Part shown: in pieces, positions 32,301-42,849 of the stretch
Layout of the letters: each line of letters starts with the position of its first letter
Numbering within the stretch: the first letter of the stretch is position 1
NCBI GenBank assembly: GCA_977030845.1
Contig: OZ365110.1
Coordinates: 23,188,001 to 23,252,000 of the forward strand
Origin: Fimbriosthenelais zetlandica
Lineage: Eukaryota
Direction of reading: 5' to 3'
DNA length: 64,000 nucleotides
The notes under the pieces: model-generated
The model's input: only the letters and a program-made list of their open reading frames with translations
The model's database searches: none
What the model was told of the DNA's origin: nothing
Made by a program: the position numbers and the translations under genes

Positions 32301-34017
32301 GTGAAATATGTATGGTTACTTCATTTACCAGGTAATGTCACCTCTTATACATATTATGTGATATTTTTTTTTTTTTTTTACAAATATTATTCTACTGCGT
32401 AGGAAAGGACGTATTACATAAATACTAGGGATAGTAAGTCTTCACAATATTTTTATGTAATAGAACTTGGGAAAAAGATTTTGAACGAAAAAAAGATTTT
32501 TATCAGTGATTTGAATAGTCTGTTTCTGTTTCATAGGTGAGCTCCATGGTATTGTGCAGCGTCTGCTCTATTATAAACAACAGGATTATACTCCTGTGTC
32601 TTGGCTGGCCACAGCACATACTATAGTTCCCGTTGAGCTTCTTGTAATGGCTCATATCATAGTGGCGATCAAAATGATGATGTGCCTGGATGATAATACT
32701 GAATGGTCAGTGCTCAATTCCCTATCTACTTGATCCCATACTTATTTTTATTTTACATTTGTCTTATCTAATTCTCACCAAAAATGAATGCAAGTTAATG
32801 AAGGGCTTATTTTTATATTTAAAACAGGACGATTTCTAACTATGCAAAAGAGTTGAACACAAGAGTGCCAGGGTTGAACCTGTTTGTGTGGAGGGATTGG
32901 TTAGCGGTGATGGAGAGTAAAATAGACCCACCCAAACTACCTAATAATACTGGGTGAGTATGAAGAATAATGCTGAAGATCAGTTGTAGGTTAAAATTTT
33001 ATGGCTAGCACTATATCTGGAACGCTTTAACACTAACAGGCTTTGATTATGGAAATAATATTTTATATGTTTAAACATACAATATGCTCCATTTTACAGG
33101 GACGTTCTGCGAGTTTTGGATACTAAAATTCTTGATGAAGTGCCCTGCCTCTCAGATGATCACTTTAACAGACAGTTACACCGAAGTGGTAAGTGGTTTG
33201 TGCAAGTGACAGTGTTAAGGGTTAGAACATTGTGGTTCATTGCTTAGTTCTTAGTGTTTGAGTTAAGTCTATTTCTTGGGGCATAAATAGTGTGGTTCGA
33301 TATAACTCTGGATGAAGAGCTGACTGTCTGAAGTAGATAATAGAATTGGACGTAAATTTATTTGCTTGTTCACATTATCAATACATGTAACAAAAATTCC
33401 TTTCCTCAGATACCTATCTCACTAAGGAAACTCGTAATCTATTGGAGCATACCTTTACGGAACTTGGTGAGAAGCATCCACGAAAGAGACCGTACAGTGA
33501 ACTCTGCAGTCCAAAGAGCAGTGAAGGAGAAGGCCATGCTAAAAGGGACAGGAGGATAGAAGGGAGTCAGTCTGAGAGGACAACAGAGGGAACCTCTGAG
33601 TTCCCATTACCGTTTACAGACACATTAGTAGCTGATAGCTCCCCCATAAACAGTGATGATGAATGTTCTGAAGGAGAAATATCCTTCAGGGACAGGTCAC
33701 TGTCCTATCTCACCTCCTCAGATAGTGTACGTGAGTATGTTTCCAACCATAGCTCAAACACTGGAGAAGAGGAGCCTGAGCTCAGAGAATTCCATGCTTA
33801 TCTACATTACTGGATTGGGGATTCTTCATATAAAGACACCAGTAAATCATACCAGAAGTTAGTCGATATTGCTGCCAAGTTGTTACACTATCCTTCTGAT
33901 GAAGTTCATGGTTGGGTTTTCAAACTGGAACGGGTACTATTGAAGGAGGAAATCTTGGAGCAAGGATTCTCTACGAATAGGTTCTGGATACCCATAAATT
34001 TCCCTGGACATCTGTGA
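29340..34017 (+). CDS. TAF1B: TATA-binding protein-associated factor RNA polymerase I subunit B (Rrn7)
   Basis: N-terminal zinc ribbon MPLCPVCDGIDYEEVDGLFYCITCNTQSQ, then WFTEDALHIILRCQAGALIKKG, IHQLWLLYL, TISICHLALLYINNLVTTSDLYT|WLQDNSLPY and VMAHIIVAIKMMMCLDD. The last exon ends with the 33442-34017 ORF. Confidence 0.85.
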
Positions 34018-34419
34018 TCTTACCTGCTATTTTAATTTGTTAGTTGATTAATTTACGGTCTCTCCTTCAATGAGACATAGGATTAAATGTTAACTTAACA
34101 TTGTTTTGATGAAATATTTTAGATCTAATAAATCGTCTACCCACCCTGCAGTTTTGATTTAACTGAATTTAATTGTTACGGGTAGGCCAAGGCCCTGTGG
34201 TTTTGACTGTTGCCAATTTGCTATATGTTGTAAGCCAGGAATACACTAATCCGATTATCCAAACCGTCTAATGACATCTAAAGATTGAAATTTTGTAAGT
34301 GGTTAGCCCTACCTAGGTATAAAGGATGTTTCAAATTACAAGCATTTGGTGTGGATAGAAATATAGTTTCGGACAGCTATCGGTGATGAGAAATGCACAT
34401 AGACGAATATTTGACTTAA

Positions 34420-34791
34420 GCAGGCACAGTGCCTTACTAAGGCACCAGACAGGCACATTTAATTCCACATAGCTGTAGGCCATGTAGGCACATATTTTTC
34501 ATCTTGGTAGACGCCTCTATTTCCATTTACAACTGAGGCAGCTTCGTGTTCAGAGTCACGGCTCTGCAAACAATTGACTTTTAAAGCAGGCACAGTGCCT
34601 TAGTAAGGCACTAGACAGGCACATCTAATTCCGCACAGCTGTAGGCCATGTAGGCACATATTTTTCACATTGGTAGACGCATCTGTTTCCATTTACAACT
34701 GAGGCAGCTTCCTTTTCAGAGTCACGGCTATACAAATAATTGATTTATGCAGGCACAGTGCCTTACTAAGGCACCAGACAGGCACATCTAG
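34420..34791 (+). mobile_element. ~165-bp tandem array (2.3 units) ending in hairpin + CTAG, Helitron/Helentron-like non-autonomous element
   Basis: Units start at 34420, 34586 and 34749. Each carries the palindrome GTGCCTTA(C/G)TAAGGCAC. The last copy (34758-34774) is followed 13 nt later by CTAG (34788-34791). The repeat is certain; the Helitron assignment is inference. Confidence 0.55.
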
Positions 34792-35325
34792 GCCGATTAC
34801 CGGTATTGCTTCAGCGGCAAAGCAGCAGGTGGCAGCTCTGATCCGTCTCACCACCAAAATGATCAGCTGAACCAAAGATACTAATATAATATATTAACAA
34901 ACCCACTTTCCGTGGAAATAGGCTACCGTAACTCTAATTATCCTAGCCACATAAGACAATAAGTTACCGTATAAGACAGTCAACTGAGTCATACGAGATG
35001 AAAGCAATTTATGTTCCTTGAAGAAATCATCAGAATTCTCATTTTAAATCGATGTAGGCCTATTAAGCATGTTGCGGGCCCTCTCGTAGCTGCCGTTTTG
35101 CCACTCATGGACATGGTACGGTAGTTGCCCATATAGGCCTATGCTTAAAGTTATATAGATCTAGATCTATGCTACATTCAGCGCGCCATAAGCGCGGGAG
35201 CAGGTTTCCCAGCACTATGTGTACTGGCCTACATTCAATGCACATTAGGTGATGACGTAGTATGCAAGAAGTGTGAGGAAACCCCACACTTGAGTAGAGG
35301 GAAGAAACCACAAGGAGTGAAACTT

Positions 35326-35555
35326 ATGGAAATTGTTGAAAATTTATCGATTTTGTTGGATACTGTGCCGTTTGAAAACAAGTAAGTGGTTCTTTTACAA
35401 GGACTGGTGTTGTCTACTGGTCTGAATGCCTCCATGTTATCACAAATCTTATATCATCTTTGTAATCATTCGCGTTTCTTGATGACAGTTGTGCCTGTGT
35501 CTGTGGCACTGCCACTGCCAGTGCAGTGGTCGTGATTCAGCCAGTGAAGGACTGA
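35326..35555 (+). other. Spliced 40-codon upstream ORF in the R3HCC1 leader
   Basis: ATG 35326, donor AA|gtaagt at 35382, acceptor gacag|T at 35489, TGA at 35553-35555: MEIVENLSILLDTVPFENNCACVCGTATASAVVVIQPVKD. Confidence 0.45.
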
Positions 35556-36260
35556 CTTCGAGCACCAAGAGCCTAAGCAGAAATATTGTCGGATAAATGT
35601 AAGAAATGTGATTGCTTAATTATTGTGGAAATTTATACGCAATACGTGATTATCATAGACAATATACTATAGGTAGATATTAGGTCTAATCATAGTAATA
35701 ATGGTCCTGTTAAATGATCTTATTCTTAAATGCTGTTTTGAAATACCGGTAGTTTTGAATTTAGCCTTTTTTCTTTATTTTTATTTATAATATAACGTTA
35801 GTCTAGATCTAGGAATAATGGCAAAGACGGGGGGAAACACAATCTTGCAGAGTATTTGATATGAATATGTTTAAAACAGAAATATAAGAGGAGTATAATT
35901 ATTGCTTATATTGTCATCTAAAGTCACAGGTCAATAAAGAGAGTGTATTTTTGTTATTGTTACAGCACAGTGTATACTATATTGTATAAGAAAATACGTT
36001 GTAAAACAGAATTAGTTGAAATATAGTGTCCTTTAAAACTTCACCAAAAAAAACCAAAGAGACAGATGGTAGTATAGATGGTGTAGCAGTGCTAGGCTAG
36101 GCCTGGGCATAGGTAGACTCGTACCTGCCTGTTGTAATTTAAAAGTTATATGCCTACCGCAGAAATCTGAATATCGCAATTTAAACCACTCTAAATAATG
36201 TGTTTTCCATTCCTTTTAGGATATTTTTATGTATGTCAGGAAGAAGTGGGGACAGCTAAA

Positions 36261-38527
36261 CTGGCGGTACCTATTCTGGATGGACGATACCTTAATTCCG
36301 AGGACAGTGAGTTCTTCACTAAAATCGAGGAAGATATACAACATTACCTTGAGGGTGGATGTAAAAAGTAATTTTACATTTTTAAAAATGAGTGTAGGCT
36401 TGTAACGTGTTCTGTTCATAAAATAGCATATATGCCCAACAAATTTGTGTCTGCCCCATAGAGAAGCCTAGTATAATGTCTCTTTATCTTTTTCAGCATA
36501 CTCCTATTTCCCCACGTAGACAACTATCACCGACGTCTCATTCATCTCACGGTTGAGGAGAATTATCCCGATCTCCGCAGTTTCTCTGTTGGCGAGGGTG
36601 AGGACAGGCGCACTGCTGTCTGCCCTGAAATCCTCACTCCACAAGAGTAAGACGATCATTATAGAATTTTCCAATGTTCTGTTGTCTTTCTTGCATCAGA
36701 GGGCCGTTTATTCATCCATTGCATTGACTATTGATAGATTATGAAACCCTAACTACATGTATTTCATAACATAAGCGACATCTTGCGTTCAAATTTAAAT
36801 CGCATGGTTGAATTTCCAACATACAGTCTTATAACATATAATGTGTTTTCTATTGACAGAACCAATTCAATGGATCGCAATGTTGGCATGGCTAGGAAAA
36901 ATTTTGGACGAGGAAATTCAAAGTCCCGACCATCTCCAGACAGACGAGGTGATCGTGAGGGGAGCTGGGGAGGCGACAAATGGGAGGATAAAAGAAACAG
37001 GTAAAATAATATTAAGTTATGTTGGTGTTTAACAGTTAATGTAGATGTGTATTAAGGTGGATATTAAATTAAGTTAATCAGCTGTGAATACACAACCACC
37101 AGTGACCTCTTTACATATACCATTTACATGTACATGTAATTGTACTCCCTTTGTGCAGCTTTTATCCTGCATTCTATTCCATGAAAAAATTCAGAACCAT
37201 GTACTACAACAGGGATGCCTGTATTATTTCTGAAGAAATCCCTGGATTCTTTCCTAATGTTTTCTGTGAAACAAGGAGTTTTATGCACATATTCTAATTT
37301 AATACCTCATAATTTCCCCCTTTTCCAGTCTAGGTCGACTGGCATTTCTGTTACGAAATATCAAAGCAAAGGCCATATATATAATTAAACATGAATGTTT
37401 CTCGCTTTAGATCGAGAAACCGCTGGGAACATGATGATAGGGGAGGTTCTGACTACGGCCCTCAGAATGTAGAATCGCCAGTAGTGGGTAGACGTGGAAG
37501 GGGACGGGGGCGTGGTGGAGTAGCCGCCTCACCCCAACCACAGAAAAAAGGCTCACGTCAGAATTCCCCACAATACCGCAGAAACTCCACCGAATGGAGC
37601 CAATACAACAAGGGACAACGACCGAGAAGGGATTCAGATGGAAGCAACTGGGGAAAGGGTTCATACCACCATAGAGGCCAGGAATCTCCACAGGTCTACC
37701 GCCGAGGATCCGATCCCTGGGGGGACGGACCTACAAGTCCTCCAGACCATCATAGATCAGCCGGCAACCTGGGCAGGAATAGAGGCCCCGGGAGGAATGG
37801 ACCAGAAGGAGCTGAAGTGGACAGGTCACAAAGACAAAAACCTGCGTGTGTACTAGTGCTTGCATATGGGCTGAATTCATCACTATGCTTTACCCTCGCT
37901 ATGCTGTAGACGATGTCCTGTGATATACTTTAACTTACTAAATAAGTTGTCCTGTCCTTTTAATAATAATTATTCCTATTGTGGTGACTAATTATCCTAC
38001 CCCTTAAAGATCCTAAGTAACATTTCCATCATTTAAATGATCCTGAATATCCTAAACACCTTAGGTTTAATTCTGTAAGAGAATTAAATTCTATTACAAG
38101 CATGACATACACTTCTTGCCTTCTGAATGATACAATTAAATCTGAATGAATTTAGATTTCATAGTTTGACGAGAAAGCCATAACCCTAATGTGTTTAATG
38201 GATTATTAATTGTCTCATTTTTTGATTGCAGCAAGGTGAGAAGACCTGATGCTCAGGTTTATATACCGCGAGCACGCCGGCAGCAGATGGTGGAGCGGGA
38301 AGACACTGATTCACCACCACCATGTAACATGGACAATAACCATGGACCGGGCTACAGGTCCGGTCCTGGCCGACGAAACAACCCACGTCCAAATACAGAT
38401 GTGTATGTGCCGAGAGTTAAAAGAGCCGAACAAGACACTAACCTGGGGCCTGGTAGGAACCATTATGGTTCCATGCCAGGTCTGAGATACCCGCAACACC
38501 AGCAACAATATCCACAACAGCAACATC

Positions 38528-38576
<49 letters not shown>

Positions 38577-41500
38577 GGACTATGGTGATCCATGGAAATC
38601 AGAAGACGGTGGGAAATATAACCAAAAACGAAGGAAAAGTCTGGAAGGCAACAAGTCTCGGGGTGGGTCTCGGAGTGGCTCGGTGGATAACAGGAATAGA
38701 TACAATGAGGGATATACGGATTATCAGGATGAACCATATCAGGGAGGTAGAGGGGGTGATCATATCCCAGAACAAACATTTTATAACAGAGCAATGCGAG
38801 CCATGACTCCAGATGATCAGTATGATTCTAGATCAGATTATCATGGTGGTGGTGGTGGGCGACATAATAATGATCGGCCTGATAGAACACCATCCAGAAA
38901 CCGTCGGAGGAGGAGATCCCACTCCAACTCTAGTCGCCGGAGCCAACCCTCGCCTAACAGAACCGCTGGAGGTCCTGGTCCGCCCGGCAGGAGGGAAGGT
39001 CGGAGACCCAGTGATACATGGTCTCAGGACGGAGCGTCAATGAACAGAAGAGCAAGTGAGACATGGAGTCAGGATGAGGGTTATTATATGGGTGGTGGGA
39101 GTAACTCTCTCCCCCGTAGACACCGGAGAACCAGCGGTGGCTACAGTAACCCCGATGAGTCATGGCCTCAGGACCGCTACCCTAACGAGACCTGGAGTCC
39201 ATCCCACCAGATGAATGAACCGTGGGGTCCTAATGAGAGCAGGACACTTGGTAGAATCAGGAGATCTAGTGGAGGGAGGAACCAGGAGGCCAACATTCCC
39301 TCCTCTGAAAGCTGGAGTCCCACACAACAAAGCTGGAGCCCCACCCAACAACCTGGAGATATATGGAACCAAAATAAACCAGGACAGGGGCGGGGGAGAA
39401 CAAGGAGAAAAAGTGGCGGTCATAAGGGAGAATATAATGACAATAATCCGGGACGTAGAATGCAGCAGCCAGGGGGTAACTGGAACCAAAACCCACAAGG
39501 TGACAACCAAGTGCAGCCCAATAGAAGATGGCAACAAAGCCCTGGGCCTAACAAGCGGCGGAGTCGGAACCAAGCGCGGTCTGTGACACCATCAGAGTCA
39601 TGGTCGTCAGACGCTGAGAACTGGGAGAGTGATAGCCATAGCCTGGGACCTAGTAGTGGTAGCCACTATACACTGCCACCTACTGGTAATATGATCATTG
39701 AAGTGACACCTGGGGGTAGGAATGTGAGTGATACCAAGGCTGCTTTCAGTGCTATGGTCGGCTCTCCGACCCATGATCCCGCCCTCCTCGAGGAGACTGT
39801 GCGAGCTCAGGCGAGCGATGTATCCGACAAAGTCCGCAGTATGTGTGCCGACCTCTCAGAATTAAAACACTCAAAGGAAAAGCTCAATGCTGAATTACAA
39901 GGTGCAAACTCCAAAAATCGCAAACGTCGAGACTCGCAAAAAAGCCAGGACTTGGGTTCTGAAAAGGAATCTGTTAAATCCGATGCCTCCCCCCACCATC
40001 CAACTTATGAACATAATAACATGAACTATGCAACGGAAGTAGAAAATAGCCATGTGTGTGACAGTACTAGTAGCAGCACAAGCCCTTCACACGGGCCTAA
40101 CGTCCAAAGACTAGAGCCACCATTTGTACCCCATCCTATAGACGCTGATGACGTCAGTTCAGATGGACAGAGTTCAGTACAGCCAGAGTCAAGCACCAGT
40201 GTGGAGAGCCCTGATATGGGGGAGTTCCATGCATTGAGTAGTGCTGGAGAACATGAAGCTAGTCCACAGAGCTGTAGTCCTGCTCCACCTGAATGTCTTC
40301 AACCAGAAGCACCTCCACAGACGAGTCCCCTGGCCATAGCTGACGGCGCTAAGCTCGGCTATGTCAATGTTGCTTTTGAGGACGATCCTGGCCTGGCCGA
40401 GGAGGAACAGGACAGGAAGGTGGAAGATGATAATTCAAAATTAAATTATCATCCATCTGAAAATGGTCTTAAAGATCAAGAAGAGCCTGAGGAAAAATTA
40501 CCCCCTGAAGCCCAAATTGCCACTCCAAGTGAAGAGTCCCACAAAATGGAGGAAGAACAACAGAGTGAAAAAACAGACAGTGATACTCTGACTATAAATG
40601 TGTCAGCAAATGAGCCCTATGAGGCCACGGATCCTTCCGACAAAACAAAATTAGACGATACTGAACCATTGGCTGAGGAAGATCAACCGACCATCAGTGA
40701 AGATCTATATGATCAAGTTATGTACTCAGAGTCTGTGCCAGACAAACTAGAAACAAGTGATGACGTTCCCAGCCCTGAGGTGAAGGGAGGAGACGAGGAG
40801 GTGTCTGGGGCAACAGATAGCGGGGAGCCGCATCTAAACTGGGCCGACATGGTGGATGATGACGATGATGAAAACGATGATACGACATGGGATCGTCTAT
40901 TTGATGAAACAGGAGAAGCCCTAGATCCTAAACTCCTAGACGAGGCGAGTTATCAACCATACACTTATAGATACTTTATTTTTATTACCAGTACAACTCT
41001 TCTTTCTTTTCCGTCTCTCTATTGCATATACATATATAGTATAGTAATATCTTGTGCTTAGAGAACTTTCCTAAATTTATCATTGTTATGGGAATTATAT
41101 TTATGAAATTTAAGAAAATAATTTGCTTGGAGACAAGATAATAATTGTGGCATACTCTGCATTGAATTCACTTGACTGAATTAATAGTCGTAAATTAACG
41201 CCATCCAATTTTCCAAGTCTTAAATCTTTCTTGTTCTTTCTTTACAGTTGACGATTGCTGTAGGTAAAGAAGTAAAAGTTCAAAAGCCTCAAGCAGATTA
41301 TTACAACTACCAACCTAAAGACCCAGATATGGATGACCGAGGTAAGCGAGGGGAAATATTCTCATATAGTCCACATCCTAGTAAAAACTAGACTTGTAGA
41401 TCATCATAGATCAGATATTAAAATGATTATTTTCCAGAACATAACTGGGATATGTGATTTGTGATTGTTTGACTTTTTTTTCATTTACAGAATACGGTCA

Positions 41501-42706
41501 TCTCATTGAAATATTTGATTTCCCGAAAGAATTGCTTACCCGAGATCTGATGGTCGCCTTCAAAGATTTCCAGTATGTACCAATTAGTCATGAATATCAT
41601 TGTGATGTTAACTTTCATGCTGTATCATATACTTATAATTATGTAATCTCTTCTGTACATTACACCATTAATCATTCCTTATTTATACCTTGGGAAAAGT
41701 AGACTTTAATGCTGTTTAATTAAAATAAATATTCTAATATCTTTGTTTTCAGTGAAAGGGGCTTTGATTTGAAATGGGTCGACGACACTCATTGTATTGG
41801 AGTATTTTCAAGCTCTATTGCAGGTAAGGTGATTCAAATGTGAAGAGATTTTACATTCAGGTTATCTCAAAATTTGTTATTACCATTCGATATAATGAGA
41901 TCTTTCAGATATTGATGCAAGTGTTTCATATACATTTTCAGCACAAGCAGCCCTTGGAATGCGTCACCCGCTGCTCAAAGTCCGGCCCATAGCACACGCT
42001 TCCCGACAGACAAAAGTAAAAGCCAAACGCTGTGCAGGTAGGATTTCTGTTAATATTTTTTAACTCCCACCTGGGTAGACTACTGTACTACCCTTCATGG
42101 AACATTTTTTGTCCTGCTGATTGCTGAATTTTGCCTTAGTTGGTTACAGATTAACCTGTTCATTCATATTTCTATAATGATGTAATTTTTTCCCACAGAA
42201 TTCCTGGAGCCCTATAGACCACGACAGGAGACGACTGCAGCCGTGGCACGCAGTTTGGTGACCAGAGCGCTTGGTATCAAATCTCAAGTTCCCAGAGAGA
42301 AAAGAGAGCGGGAGAGAAATAAATTAAAAGAAGCCAGAGGTATGAGATTAAGAACGTCCAAATTCAATATTTTGTTTGAACCTTCGGGTTGCAAAAGAAT
42401 ACTTTGTAAACTGCCATTCATACTCCTTTGGGGTCGGGGTATTAAGCTAAGGATTAAAAATAAATCAATGAATTTAAATTGAAAACCATTCTTTTTATAT
42501 TTGCTTGCAGAGAAGAAAAACGCGACACAGAGACAGAGAAAAGATGCCTGGGAAGGTAACTTTCCCTCAAGTCACATGGACCAATGAGTTGTGCTCCCAG
42601 GCCTATCTTCCTTCCTTCCAACCCCTTCTCCCTTACCGCAGGAGATCTGTTCAGCACTGCAGAAACTACTGCTCTACAATCGAGTTTCCAGTCAAAAACC
42701 TGTTGA
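36261..42706 (+). CDS. R3HCC1: R3H and coiled-coil domain-containing protein 1 / R3HCC1L family, probable CUG start
   Basis: R3H domain ILLFPHVDNYHRRLIHLTVEENYPDLRSFSVGEGEDRRTAVC, EBM RRPDAQVYIPRARR, C-terminal WDRLFDETGEALDP, HLIEIFDFPKELLTRDL, GFDLKWVDDTHCIGVFSS and PYRPRQETTAAVARSLVTRALG. The last intron (42556-42641) gives a stop at 42706; if it is retained, the stop is at 42587. Confidence 0.88.
38527..38577 (+). repeat. (CAA)n polyglutamine tract in the large R3HCC1 exon
   Basis: Pure CAA run ending in CAG, about 17 Gln codons, in frame. Confidence 0.95.
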
Positions 42707-42849
42707 AATAGTTAGTATTACGAGCCCGGGCGCCACTCCCGAACCATACCCTGCCGAGAAAAGCCCCCGCCCGCCTCTGTACATAGACTAAACACTCTTC
42801 TAGGTGTCCATCCCCCAAGTTGTGATAGGAATCCATATACTGTTGTTTA

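Noticed and set aside
38195-39586. Antisense and alternative-frame ORFs over the large R3HCC1 exon (poly-Leu, poly-Val etc.)
   Set aside because: Shadows of the CAA repeat and of GC-rich coding sequence.
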